Of a stretch of 64,000 nucleotides of DNA, positions 24,769 to 38,330 are shown in pieces. A program made the position numbers and the translations under genes. The notes below the pieces were generated by a model. The model did not search any database and was not told the origin of the DNA. It saw nothing but the letters and a program-made list of their open reading frames with translations. Position 1 is the first letter of the stretch. The number at the start of each line of letters is the position of its first letter. This DNA comes from Leucoraja ocellata (taxonomy: Eukaryota), in contig JAWMAR010000462.1 in NCBI GenBank assembly GCA_036785375.1, forward strand, positions 1,240,001 through 1,304,000, written 5' to 3'.

Positions 24769-25421
24769 GTAAGTGATTTTTTTTTAACATTTCATTCCAA
24801 ATTCTTTTCTGCTTCTCCATTTCACCAAAAATGGAGGATATCGTCTCTTGCATCAAATATTGTTTTGCATAAGTGAAAATGAAGAATGGGTGTCAAGTAA
24901 CCTTGTTGGTTTAAAAATTAATCTGAGGATTCATGAATGATAAATGCCTTTGTCAGTGAACAGGCTAGCAGTGCGAATAAGCACGTGATCATACATGTAA
25001 TTGAATCTGTAAGCAAAAACCTAAGCAATCAATGTCTGGCTTTCTTTGTGGCGAAGTTAGAAACTTAAATAACATATGGTTTACCATAGCAATGTGAATG
25101 CAAGTTAAATTCAGTTACACAAAGTTAAATGATTTTATTTCAAAGTGTTAAATTATTTTCTGTGGAATTAGTTTGAATAAAAGTGCCAGTTTGGTTTGTT
25201 GGATGGCACATTCCATTTGACTCATCTGTATACCAGGTACTTGGCTCTTTGGCTTAGAAGCTGAATCCAGACTCTTTGTATGACAATATATCTGGGCAGA
25301 CTGCTGGTATTCATAATGTTTAGAGCAAATAGACCATTGATTTAAAAAAAAAAAAAAAATTAACTCTTTCAAAATAACCGTGCTATGATGATGTTTACAG
25401 GTGTGTGTTATCTTCTAATAG

Positions 25422-25567
25422 GTGATACTTGATTTGATGCAGTATGAAAATATTGTGGTAAAAAGAGCAGTGAATACTGATGAAAAGTTAATGGGGAAAC
25501 TAAATATTACTTCAGTGCCATCCTGTTACCTGTTCCATCCCAATGGCTCTCGTGGATTGGTTTACAC
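25422..25567 (+). CDS. QSOX2: QSOX2 exon 6
   Basis: ttctaatag|GTG; [48 protein letters not shown]; donor |gtgagt; 146 nt. Confidence 0.93.
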
Positions 25568-25906
25568 GTGAGTGTGCAAGTTACTTTTTAGCGCTGTAAA
25601 AAATCTTAATCTGACCAGATCATACAGACTAAAATGGAGTGGGGAAGAAACAAAACCATAATGCATTAGGGACCCAATGTCCGATGTTGTAAAACCGGCA
25701 ACACAACACATACCTGATCTTTTGAATGAAAAATATATATTTTGCAGTGACGTTACTATTTGTGACGGGAAAACCTCTCTTCATCACACTTGTATGCAAT
25801 GTGAAGTGGGTTTTGGAAGGTATTTCCTTTTTAAACTGGAAGTGAATTTGGAGATGGAAGGTGAGAGAAATATATGCCACAAATTAAATTTAAATTCAAT
25901 TTATGA

Positions 25907-26590
25907 AAGTAAGCATGCAGGTACAGCAGGCAGTGAAGAAAGTGAATGGCATGTTGACCTTTATAACAAGAGGAATCTAATATAAGAGCAAAGAGGCCCT
26001 TCTGCAGTTGTACAGAGCCCTAGTGAGACCACACCTGGAGTATTGTGTGCAGTTTTGGTCACCTAATTTGAGGAAGGACATTCTTTCTATTGAGGGAGTG
26101 CAGCGTAAGTTTACAAGGTTAATTCCCGGGATGGCGGGACTGTCATATGCTGAGAGAATGGAGCAGCTGGGCTTGTACACTTTGGAGTTTAGAAGGATGA
26201 GAGGGAATCTTATTGAAACATATAAGATTATTAAGGGTTTGGACACGCTAGAGGCAGGAAACATGTTCCCGATGTTGGGAGAGTCCAGAACCAGGGGTCA
26301 CAGTTTAAGAATAAGGAGTAAGCCATTTAGAACGGAGACTAGGAAACACTTTTTTTCACAGAGAGTGGTGAGTCTGTGGAATTCTCTGCCTCAGAGGGCG
26401 GTGGAGGCAGGTTCTCTGGATGCTTTCAAGAGAGAGCTAGATAGGGCTCTTAAAAATAGTGGAGTCAGGGGATATGTGGAGAAGGCAGGATCGGGGTACT
26501 GATTGGGGATGATCAGCCATGATCACATTGAATGGCGGTGCTGGCTCGAAGGGCCAAATGGCCTACTCCTGCACCTATTGTCTATTGTCT
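25907..26590 (+). mobile_element. Young 5'-truncated CR1 LINE
   Basis: Open ORF 26008..26502 (YRALVRPHLEYCVQFWSP...RRMRGNLIETYKI...SRTRGHSLRI...FFSQRVVSLWNSLP); (ctattgt)n tail; near-identical to 58671..59214. Confidence 0.92.
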
Positions 26591-27165
26591 AATTAAATTT
26601 TTGTTCTTGGGAGCGTTTGCAAATTTGTGTCCAAAATCCTCTGTTTCTGGTAATCACTTGTTAATTCAGCCTAGATTTTGTTATTGTCATGCTTGTAAAA
26701 TACCAACATTATTATACCGTCTATAGAAAAATCTGGAGAGTGTTTAAACACAAAGTATGATTCCTTGTTCCACCGCAATTTTTTTTAAACCTTCCTTCAA
26801 TGAAACTAACAGAATCAAATTAACTCAGAAAAAAACAAAAATGTTGTCTCCGATCTGTTCTTGTAGCCACAGTATTTATGTGGCCAACCAGTTGAGTTTT
26901 TGATGGCGATCCCCTGTTGATGGGGTGGGGGAGCGGTAGGGGGGGGGGGGGGGGGGGGGGAGGGGATTGAGGGGAATTTTCTAAAAAGCTGCAACCAGTA
27001 TTGAAAATCGGGCAATTATGAGCTAATATTTTCACTTCTGATCTTGTGATGAAGCAATGAAGTTGTGCAGCTCACTGCCCTGAGAAACCTCTGCAGCGAT
27101 GTCCTGGGACTGGGATAGCTGACCTTCAACAAACACAACCATCTTCCTTTGTTTACACACCTGTA

Positions 27166-28009
27166 GTAAGAAATTACTTTTGGAAATTTATATTAGCCTG
27201 AAAAATACATATCTAAACTTTTATTTGTAACATTCTTCTGGAGATATTTTACTCTGCTATTGAATTGTCACACTATTATTGCTCCTTTCTTCCCCAGATT
27301 ATATCCTTTAATGTCTCTCAGACTGTGGGCTAGATATGTTTCTTCAAATATCCTTCACATTCAGTCCCAAGGAAAAACTCTTCATTAATGGTCCCAATAA
27401 TGAAAACTAAATTAACAAAATGTGCCACTCTCGAGGTAATGCAAACTTGGTGAATACCAATTCCTGTTCTGAAGCATTGAAATTTGATCTAAGTTCATTG
27501 GAAATTTTGCTACCAACAAATAATACAAATGGTTTTTTTTTCTGGTGGGTTTGAATGTAAATTATTTTCAACTTACATTATGCATATGCTAGGAAATTCG
27601 CCTGAAACTAATTTTCTTTACCACAAATACAACCAAATAAAATATATTACTACTGTTTAAACATTTTAAATTTATAAATAAGATGGCATGATTTTACTCG
27701 CATGACTGTCCTTGCCACGAGCTATTGAAACTTCATGCTGAATGTAGGTTTGCTGTGCATATTAAAATGCTGATTGTTCTCAAGCATTAATGCTTGCCGA
27801 ATCTTTATGAGTGTAATGTAACATGCTGTTAAACATTTGTTGGCCATTTCGCATGGATAAAAGCAGATTATCCTGAATGACTTGCTGATATATGTGGACT
27901 GCCTCGTTCTGGCATCAGTTTATTGATGTAATTCATAATTTATAAAGGAACTGGAAAGTTAGATATTTATTTTTCAGGCTAAAATAAATTTCGAAACGTA
28001 ATTTCTTGG
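27166..28009. mobile_element. Degenerate TIR DNA transposon (844 bp), TA-flanked
   Basis: About 54 bp imperfect inverted repeats at 27166..27220 and 27956..28009; TA immediately outside both ends. Confidence 0.7.
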
Positions 28010-28840
28010 TAATCCATTTTAGTAATTATTTTTTGCTTTCTTGATCTATTCCTATACTATAAGTTGAGAGATACAGTTTAAGCAATTAAACTTTAATAAT
28101 TTAAAAACAGGATGCATCTTTGTAGGCAGAGAATGTTACAGTATGCACTAGTGCTTTTCTCCTCATAGATTTTCACATTTTCTTCTTTACCTCCAATAGT
28201 TTGTGAAAGTGTTCCACTTAAAAACACAATTCATTTTTTTTCTAACCTCTACAATTGATAACATTTTATTTTGATTTGTTATCCCTTACATAGTCTTGTT
28301 CCACAAAGAAATTAATAACCATGCTTGAATTTAATCTGTCAAAACATTGCAGACTTCAGTCCTTATACAAGGAAGGTATTGTAAATGATGGTTAAAATTA
28401 CATTTTATTGCCATCTCCTTGGGGAATATTGACCATAGATTTTCACATTTGGGACTTTATTAATGTCTTGATTTATTTTTCTAATTTCTAATTTTGATAT
28501 CTAATGGAAAAAATAGTTTGCAGTTTGCTTAGTTTTTAGTGACCATTGTATAATTTTTCATCAGTTCAGGCTGAACCTTTTTTAATAACACTTGGAACAT
28601 AAAATCACATTTATGCAAGTGATAATTTGAACGATTTGCACAATGTATCTTATTAATCCACCACTAAACTACTCCATGCTTGAACTTTGGTAATGAATTT
28701 TGCAAAACTTTTAAGTATAATAACGTAGACACATCTTTGGGAATCTTTTGAAAATGCTGAAGGATAATATCAAGCAAGAAGGTGATGGCAATATGCATTA
28801 TAGAATTGAACGATTACTCTTAACTCTTTTTTTACAGTAG

Positions 28841-28978
28841 GCAAAGGTCGTTACGATCATTCTATACTTCCAATTTAAAGTCATTGCCGGGTGTAACCAA
28901 GAGATTACCTATCCAAAATGTAGTGTCAGTGAGACCGAAGGAAGATACTGCCTTAAAGCCCTGGAAGGACAATGATCA
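28841..28978 (+). CDS. QSOX2: QSOX2 exon 7 (alternative start 28838, NAGNAG)
   Basis: tttttacagtag|G; (T)QRSLRSFYTSNLKSLPGVTKRLPIQNVVSVRPKEDTALKPWKDND; donor |gtaagt. Confidence 0.88.
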
Positions 28979-29099
28979 GTAAGTATTTCTTTCAAAACTT
29001 GATGGCCTCTAGCCTTTAACCAAGTTGTCTCTGCCTTGGAGAACTGTAGATGCTCATACTGAAATTATGATTAGTTTTGTACGCAGAGAATAAAGAATT

Positions 29100-29748
29100 A
29101 TGAGAACAAGCAGGGATAGTGGAGGTGAAGAGTCAACCATAATTCTAATGTATAGTTGAACAGGGTTGATGGTCTACTTTGCTGGCTTCAAAGCATGATT
29201 AGCAAGTTGACAGTAAATGATGGAATTGGACAGTATATCTTTAGAGATTTGTTTGAGTATTTGATGGCATGCCAGATCCTTTTAAACTTTGAAGAAAGTA
29301 GAGGCACAGTCTTTGTGATTATATCTATGTGCTGGGCCCAGGGCAGGTCATCTGAGATGTTAACTCTCAGGAATTTGAAGCTGCTAACTCTCTCCACTGT
29401 CACCCTACCAATTAAAACTGGAAAGTGGTCTCCCGACTTTCCCTTTCTGCAAACGATGATTGGTTTTGTTTATGGTTTTGATGATGTTGAGCAAGAGGTG
29501 GCTGTTACAGCACCATATAACCAAGATATTCCATCTCTCATCATCTGTGATTCAGCTAACAGCAGTGGTGTCGTCAAATTTTAGGATGGTATTGGAGCTG
29601 TACTTAGTCACAGAGTCGTGGGTGCAAAGAGAGTCGAGCAGGATGGTAAGCAAACAGCCTTGAGGTGCACCCGTATTGCTGGTCAATGAGGAGACGATGT
29701 TACCAATTCCGTACTGATGGAGATCTGCTGATTATGAAGTTAAGGATC
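29100..29748 (-). mobile_element. Rex1/Babar-like LINE RT fragment
   Basis: ORF 29188..29403(-): VERVSSFKFLRVNISDDLPWAQHI; flanking degenerate RT motifs (KFDDTTAV). Confidence 0.7.
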
Positions 29749-29749
29749 C

Positions 29750-30560
29750 GCGCCAACAGCTTATCTCGTCTTTGTCTTCTTTTCCTGTTTTGGTTTGTGT
29801 TTACTTGTATGTTTTTAGTGTACCTTTAGTTTTTGTATTGTGTGAGGGTGGGTGGGGGGGTGGGGGGTTTGGGGGGGAACCTTTTTTATTTCTTTCCTCG
29901 ACGGAGATGCGACTTTTTCCATCGTATCTCCGTCTGCACTGCGGCTTTAACATTGTGGGGCTGGCGGACCCTTTGTTAGGGATCGACTGTGGGAGCTCCA
30001 ACCACAGGAGCTTCGACAGCCCCGATCGTGGGAGCTTTGATCGCCCCGACTGCGGAAGATTCGATTGCCCTGACCGCGGGAAGAAAGAAGGTATAGGTTA
30101 TTTGCCTTCCATCACAGTGGGGAATGTGAGGTCGCCGAAAAATCATGATGGACGTGCTGCCTGCACTGGTGAGGACTCGGATTGAGTGGAGTGATCTTGG
30201 TGTTTTGTGGGGACATGGCTCCATGAGGACATCCCGGAGTCTAGTGTGAGTGTGGACGGATTTCTGACTTCGGGCGGACAGCGATTGCAGAGAGAGTGAC
30301 AGCAGTCAGTACAACTCTGGTCACATCCCGGTGAAGGAGTGAGTGTGTGGCCCGGACATTGAACTGATGGCTGTGGGACTCTGCTTATGCTCTGTGCCCT
30401 AGGGATTCTCACACGCCATTGTTGCTCTTTAAGTCTATGTTTAATTTTTATGTGATTATGTATCTTGTTGCTTTTTTGTATGACTGTTGGCGAATCAAAT
30501 TCCTTGTATGTTTACATACTTGGCTAATAAATTAATTACAAATTACACAATTACAAATTA
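29750..30560 (+). mobile_element. ~800 bp non-coding interspersed repeat nested in the Rex1-like fragment
   Basis: Shares blocks with the reverse complement of 44420..45183; 3 x 24 bp internal tandem repeat at 30007..30078; AATAAA followed by an (aattac)n-like tail. Confidence 0.6.
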
Positions 30561-30972
30561 TTCAAATTGTTAGAGCAGAGTGAAGTGTCAGTGAGATAGC
30601 ATTGGCCGTTAACATACTGTGGTGAGAAGCAAATTGAAGTGGAATTAGAAATTTAGAAATTACGTTACAGATGACATGTATTGCAACTTAGCTAATACTG
30701 GTCCATTGTGAGATTTTGTATTGGAAAATTAATCCACCGTTTTTCACAAATTGTGCTAAGAGAATGTATATTGCCTGCTACTTTCCCATCGTGTGCCTCT
30801 GTGCTTCAGTAAGTATGTCCTGGCAATACTGCTCCAATTTTAGTTGGAATAGATTTTAAGAACTGCGATCGGTGTTGGGTTTTTTCTGTGTTCAGAAGTA
30901 ATAATTTGAATTCAAGGGATCATTTTCTAATGATGGATAGCTATTCAAAATTTAACCTGTCATTGTTTTCAG

Positions 30973-31102
30973 GGGTAAGGTATATTTTGCTGATCTGGAG
31001 TCTTCTTTGCACTATCTTCTTCGAGTGGAACTTGCTAGCCACAAGATATTGGAGGGGCCTGAACTGACATCGCTGAAGGATTTAATTACAGTTCTATCAA
31101 AG
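30973..31102 (+). CDS. QSOX2: QSOX2 exon 8
   Basis: gttttcag|G; (Q)GKVYFADLESSLHYLLRVELASHKILEGPELTSLKDLITVLSK; donor |gtaatt; 130 nt. Confidence 0.94.
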
Positions 31103-32587
31103 GTAATTAGAATATCTCTTGAGTGGAATTTTTGTAGTAATTTTGATGAATTAACAAATATATTCAATTTCTGTTCTATCTGATTGTCAATTTGGGCATG
31201 CTATTGGGATCTGAAACATGGTTGTTATGATTATGGTCTCATAAGTGCATTACCAAAGTGCAATGATGTATGGTGGCAGATGCAACTGGTGGGTCTTGCT
31301 GCATTTGATCCCCATGATGCGCCCTTTTTTGAGCCATGTATAATTAAAAAGATCCATGTTTGAGATGCTTTCAAGAAAACATACAGCATTAGCCAATCAC
31401 ACACAAGCTTTAACGGTAATCTTTGACTCGGCACTTTCCATCACCTTTCACAAATGAAATTTTGTCTGTGCTAATTATCAGTTAAATTTGTCCCTGTAAA
31501 TGCCGTTATGATGAAACTGCTCAGCAGATACATCTTTTACTTCACTCAGTTCTTAAGTTTTCTTCAACACCAATCCAATACTTTATCTATGTATTAATCA
31601 CAGAGAGCAGAGTCCAATGGTGGGAAGAAGTAAGTGTATGATTTTTGACACAAAAGCAGATGAACGTTCGAAGGAATTGCTGATGTGTATTTGTCCTAAT
31701 ATTACTGGACCCTTTTCATTGCCACTTTATACTTATCAAAGTCTAGTAAATATCTTTGCTCATGCCATGTTATTTATATCTTTGTGTTTTTCATGAGATG
31801 CAAAGTTGCCATGCCACCTAGTTAAATCTTAAACTTGGCATCCACCTCTTTGATACCACTACTTTTGCTATTTCTATTATGTGATGCAGCATCACAGCAT
31901 TAAGGAACAGACTTTCAGAGTGTCCTGGTTATGCTGCTACAATTTTTTTTGTTGCAGATTTTAATAACTGTTCATAATTGCCTCTAAAGTAATTAATGTT
32001 ATCAGCTGAGGACAATTTTGATGCGGGTGGAATTGTAAGTCTGTCTAGTGGATGAAAAAGTAGCACGCTCTTGGTTAAGTCACCAGATGGCACTCTGAAC
32101 AACTGCTATCACGTTATTATCAAAATTAAGAGGCATTGGGATGTTAAGATGCTTCCTGCTGACAATTTGCAGACCATCACCTATTTGTGTGTATTCTATG
32201 GACTAAAGTAAGATAAGAACTGTGAAGTAATCCTTTAGAGGACTGGTCAAGTGTGGCTGTTTTCGGTATATATTGGACAAGGATGCAATAGATTAAAGAA
32301 TTGAGCTTCAATAATGCCTTAAATATAACATAAATTATTATCTGATTCAACATTATTTAAATGAGAATTATTTGTCAATAGTAACTGCGATTTGTATCAA
32401 TGTTGAAGAGCTTAAAGTCGAAAATAGGCTGTGGCCTTGAACTTAATTAGTATTTCCACACTAGAGATTTCCAGAAAGTGAAGCATGGAGGATTTTTTAT
32501 GTGTGTGGGAAAAGTTTCCCTAGCCGATTCATCTATTCATTTTTGTATTGGTTAAATATCACTGAAACTGATTGACATAATTAAGTT

Positions 32588-32743
32588 GTTTAAGAAGGAA
32601 CTGCAGATGCTGGAAAATCGAAGGTACACAAAAAAAAGCTGGAGATACTCAGCGGGTGCAGCAGCATCTATGGAGCGAAGGAAAGGGCCGAAACCCTTCT
32701 TCAGACTGATCGGGGGCGGGGACAAGAAAGGAAAAAGGAGGAG
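32588..32743 (-). mobile_element. Penelope-like terminal insertion with 14 bp TSD
   Basis: gacataattaagtt at 32574..32587 and 32744..32757. Confidence 0.8.
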
Positions 32744-35700
32744 GACATAATTAAGTTATTGTCTATCTCAGCTTGCAGTGGGCATTTAAGAATTTTATGT
32801 CTCCTATGTAACAAACTGCTCCTCTAATTGCATAATTGATTGTCAAACATTTTGAAGCACTCTGAAGTGTGGAAATATACAATACAAGTGCAGACTCAGG
32901 AATTATCATCTTTTCAGCAAAACATAAGCATTCCATGGATCGTTTGCACCTTGCAAAACTTGACAGATATATCGGCAAAAATGAGAAATTGAAAAATATC
33001 TGTTAGTCAAAAATAGTCACCAACTAGAGAAGTTGGTGGCAAGAGCACATCCCTTCCCGACAAGCTAAATGCATTGTATACTAATTTTGAACAGAAGGGC
33101 AATGGATTGATATCACCAACTCTGGCAGCCTCGGGTGCACCTGTACCCACAGTCACCGTCATAGATGTCTGATCAGCCTTCCTGAGAGTGAATCACGTAA
33201 AGCAACTGGCATGTCTCAAATGACACTTACCAATTACTATAGAAGCACTGTAGAAAGCATCCTATTGGATTGGTTTGACAACTCCTCTGTCCAACACAGC
33301 AAGAAATTAGAGCATTAATTGTGAATTCACGTACTCGTGTATTGTGGCTTCACTATGTGGGCTCACCAGTCGCACATTATTGGATAGAAAATCAACAAAT
33401 TTAAAAGAATTATCTATTTCCATAGTTGTATAAGCAATATTATTGTTATCCTTAATACATTATTTAGAAGGTCTTCATATGAATGAAATACATTTTAATA
33501 GCTTGGCACTTCATGGTAGCTTCAAGTGCCCTTGAGCGTTCAATGTATATGAAAATGTCTGACTACACTCTGAAAAAGGTATTAATTTATCAGATTACAT
33601 GCTGCATGCAGAATGCTTTACATTTTATGTAACTGAATAATTTTCTGAATTAGAGAATGACAATTAATTTATTTTCTGTGGCTGTTTTGCTTTTGCCGCA
33701 GACATTTTATAAATGAAATCTTTTTTATCGTGTTTTACCAAAATGGAATCAGTTGGTTGAGATAATGAGATGGCCAGATTAACACTCCACTTTCTTAAAG
33801 GAAAATATGTCATATATTGATTTAATCCTTTAACTGACAGTAGGGATTAGTGTTTTTTTTATAGACAAATGTATTCCATAATGCCAGATCCTCCAAGATT
33901 ATGACATGACTGGTCAAAGAAAACAAAAGAATGATGATCCGAAATTTTTAAATGTTGTTGGCTGTTTATTGAACCTGATTCGTAGTCATTTTTAGCAGTT
34001 TTGTTTGTTTCTCAGAAGATTAAAGTGATAAATTCAAATATTGAAATCTATGTGAAGATGTTATATTTATCCAAGTACATTGAACAAGCTTCTTCCCCTA
34101 TCCAGATCTTCTGGAGAAACTTTTCTAAATAGATTATTTTGTAGATATATTGTTTTCTCCTAGTTTTTTTTTTTTAAAGTCCAATCAACCAAAAACTAAT
34201 GATTTGAAGAAGACCCACATCTTGAATATATGAGAAAAAAGTATTTGCTTTTCCTATATATTGCGATATTGTTATTGTTGTAATTTTGAGGTTTGCCTTT
34301 ATGACCTTGGAACATCCTTGAGTCATTTATTGCCACCGTAATAGTACTTTGGAAGTGTAATCACTGTTATAATGTAAGAAATGAATGTTGCTATATTTCC
34401 TTTTTATTCCCTCAAAGATCAGTGTTGCGATCAGTATCTGGATATTGAAACTAGGTCTTCTGCAGTCATGACACTGCATCAAAATGCTAAACAAATGAGT
34501 TTGTTTGAAGCCTGATGCAACAGGCTGCAAATATATCTGCTTTTTAAATTGGTCAAAATAAATGTCTAAAATTTTTATTCTACTCAACTGTAACTGCACC
34601 TCTGGTCAGTGCCACGTGTGGAGCAGCTCTGTCTAATCCACATGCAAATATAAATGCTGAACCTAGATTATGGTTTCTGATCTTGGTCAAATAAGGTATT
34701 GCATGCCATGTTTATTAGAAAAGATCACAAATAAAATAAACTATATTGATTGCAATGCTCTTCTTTGAATTGAAATGCCATTTATTAATCTCGTAGTAGA
34801 AAATTGCACACAACAATTGACAGATGTGCCTCAGGGACAGAAGGCGATCTAATAGAGTAATGAATCATAGCATCTGTTATTGGTATTTAGAAAGATCAAG
34901 GTAGATTTTCCCCTGGGATCAAGGCATAGGATTGTGAAGGGTTGACTTGCTTTTTGTGTTTCAGTACATAATGCACCGAGTAAACTTCCATTAACCAAAT
35001 TCTCCTGTGTATCCTTATGTATTCGCACACTGTTCCTTTAACCTTCTGAGCTAAGGCTGTTCCTGATTCCTTTAAAGGAACTGAAATTCTAAAGATTAAT
35101 ATTAAATCCTATTTTGTTCTTTCTTGACTGATGAGTTTGGTGATTTGGTAGTTTCAGTGCTGCAGCCACCATTAAACTACTTATGGCATTCTTCCTCTGT
35201 TTCTTTCATATTCCTCAGTTTTATTTATTGTGAGATCAGTTGGCTTTTGCTTACACTATTGATCAACGTAAAATGTACTAACATTTTGGGCTTCTGATCT
35301 GGGAATGTTCACTTCTGGACTCGCAAAATTTTACTTAGGGATTCAAAACAAAATAGCTTTCTTCCTGTGAATAGAATCGAGCAATTAATTTTATTTGCAT
35401 GACTCAATTTTATTGATGTAGCATTTAGAATATTGCTGTTCATTGTACATGTGTTTCAATCCTATCTTCCATATGCCTATACACCTCGTCGTTCCTTTAC
35501 TCTGAACCACTTCTAAGAACATAATTTATTACTTAATATAAAGGAACATGAGGTTAGGGTAACATATTAATGTACAGAAAAGAAGGTGTAAAACTGGGCC
35601 ATTATTTCAATATTGCCTCCGTTCCTACCATCTAAATGGTAAAAGGCTTATTCACGTGATGCTGGATTTGTTTTTACAGCTTTAAATTTAACATACAATG

Positions 35701-36250
35701 TAGTTTCCTCTACATTGATGTGACCTGACATGGATTGGATTACTGCTTTATGGAGAATCTCCATTCACTCTGCAAATATGACCCAAAACATCAATGGAGT
35801 CATAGAGACAGCATGGAAATGGGCCATTCAGACCAACTCGTCCATGTCGATCAAGATATCCCATCTAAGATAGTCCCATTTTCCGGCATTTGTCCCAAAT
35901 TCTATACCTTTCCTTTTATATACCTGTCCAAATGTGTTTTAAATATTATTATTGCACCTGTCCCAATTACCAACTCTGATCAGCAAATGAGAGATTAATG
36001 AAATTCATCAATTCAGTCTGCTGAATTTTGTGCAATTTGCATTGAGTATGTTGCTGATCATGTCGTAATAGAAAGAGATTTGGCCATCATTAATAATGTA
36101 TCCTTTGTAAGCCTATCCTTCAATAATTTAATTCTAAAAATTAATGAAGTGAATCCTGATTCAATGGCCATGCTCTAGATCTTGATGAGTTTATTTGGTC
36201 TTTAGTTCAGATGAAGATTTTGTCTGACAAATAATTTTACTTTTCAACAG

Positions 36251-36373
36251 CTCTTCCCTGGACCACAGCCAGTAGTGAAGTTGCTAGAAACATTGCAAGA
36301 ATGGTTGGTGAGCCTTCCATTGGATAAAATTCCTTATGATGCAATCTTAGATTTGGTGAACAACAAAATGAGG
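36251..36373 (+). CDS. QSOX2: QSOX2 exon 9
   Basis: ttttcaacag|CTC; [41 protein letters not shown]; donor |gtaagt; 123 nt. Confidence 0.95.
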
Positions 36374-37882
36374 GTAAGTGTTTTGTTGATCATTGAAAAT
36401 ACAGACTAATATTCTTCAACACTAAATGTAAGATTTTTTTTGAAAAACTAGAGTGCAAGTTTTGGAATCTTGAGCAAAAAACTGCTGGAGGAACACAGTG
36501 GATCACGCAGCATCTGTAGAGGAAAATGAGCAGATGTATTTTCAGCTCAGGACATTTCTTAAGTCTGAAGACTCTGCACTTAAAATATCAGCAGAACAAT
36601 TCCCTCCACAGATACTGCTTGACCCACTGAGTTCCTCCACCAATTTATTTTCTCGCAATTTTTTTTTCTTTTGTCATGCACTTGGAACTCCACATGGCAT
36701 CCATTCCTCTTCTGTGCAAAATGCTTCTTCATGCATTGGTGCTGACTGTTTTGGACTCAAAAGGACCAATACAAGCCCTGGGTCATAAATGTACAAAATA
36801 ATTACCCTTTTGAGTCTGCCTTAGTCATAATAGGTTGTCTAATACTTTGCTCGCATGCTCTCAATGTAGGTTCAAAATGAAGTGTCTCAGATAACCGTTT
36901 GCTTTTCTACTTTTCATTTCCTGTTCATCATTTTATGTATTATTTTTTTAATTCATTTGCTTTTTTTTATACTTTGGTTTTCGACAATTTTTAAAATAAT
37001 TAATGCAACATTCCATTGATGTAAATGATGAGACTTTTCTGAACTGGATTCTTATGCATTATTCCTGTTATGTGGATGGATGATTGGGGATAAAAATTCT
37101 GCGATGCTGTTTTGAGCTTGGATCTAAAGAGGGTTAAGGAAAATTTCTGTTTATACCCATAAAGTGTATATATAATGTGATCTAACAATAAAATTCACTG
37201 AAACGTATTTCCAGCCACCCTTCCAATTACTTTCTTCCCAAGCAGTCCTTTTTCAATTGAGTCGAGAAAGGAAACTCTGGGCTGGAAACTCTCAGAATTA
37301 CTGTTGTCGTGCTTTCAAAATCAGCTCACCGTGAATATGTGGTGATATAGTCAGTGTTGGGTTAAATTAGATGTTGATAAATTATTTTAAGTGGGAAGTC
37401 CTTTTTTTTTTGCATATTTGTATACATTTCTGAGCTAGGAACTAAACCTATTAAATTAGCGCCAACTTGAGCCTTTAACCAAGATGATAACAAATTGAAC
37501 ATTCAACTAACTATGACCTCTAATATTTCACTAGACTAGTTTTCATATTCAAATATAATCTTAATATTACCATTTCCCTCAATTCCTGCTGTGTGATCAT
37601 TTTGTATTTCCACACACCATTTTTTTACATACATTATTTTTCGTTTTGTTGTAATTTATTACTTAGTAATTGGCTCTTTCGGAAATGCTGCTTTTGCTAA
37701 AATAATTCACACCGGGTGCTCAAACAGGACTTTGCTATGTTCCATGTGTTGAGCTGCTTTTGTTGCAGCTTTGTTTTTTCAAGTGTATGTAGAAGGTTAA
37801 AACTATTTTATTTTTGAAGTGATGCTGAAACTGTCAGATTGATGAGTCAATTTGGCTCTTATAATGCATTTAAAAAAAAGAA

Positions 37883-38330
37883 GTGGGTGAGAGCTATAGG
37901 AAGAGGTTGAGAAGGCTGGGTCTCTATTCCATAGAGTGTAGGAGGATGAGGGGTGATCTTATAGAGGTATACAAAATCATGAGAGGAATAGATCGGGTAG
38001 ATGCACAGAGTCTTTTGCCCAGACTAGGAATCGAGGACCAGAGGACACGGGTTCAAGATGAAGGGGAAAAGATTTAATAGGAATCCGAGGGGTAACGTTT
38101 TCACACAAAGGGTGGTGAGTGTATGGAACAAGCTGCCAGAGGAGGTAGTTGAGGCTGGGACTATCCCATTGCTTAAGAAACAATTAGACAGGTAAATGGA
38201 TAGACAGGTGTGTTGGGATATGGACCAAGCACAAGCAAGTGGGAGTAGTGTAGCTGGGACATTGTGTGGTGTGTGCGAGTTGGGCCGAAGTGCCCGTTTC
38301 CACACTGTATTACTCTATGACTCTGACTCT
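37883..38330 (+). mobile_element. CR1-type LINE 3' fragment
   Basis: SYRKRLRRLGLYSIECRRMRGDLIEVYKIMRGIDRVD; tail actctatgactctgactct. Confidence 0.85.

Noticed and set aside
25399-25421. Alternative upstream acceptor for exon 6 (ttacag at 25400)
   Set aside because: The 21 nt extension contains an in-frame TAA
26918-26975. Long G-run as a functional G-quadruplex
   Set aside because: Homopolymer expansion within a LINE remnant; length is prone to sequencing error and nothing supports a function
30007-30078. Regularly spaced 24 bp repeats (CRISPR-like?)
   Set aside because: Head-to-tail degenerate units without spacers, inside a eukaryotic repeat
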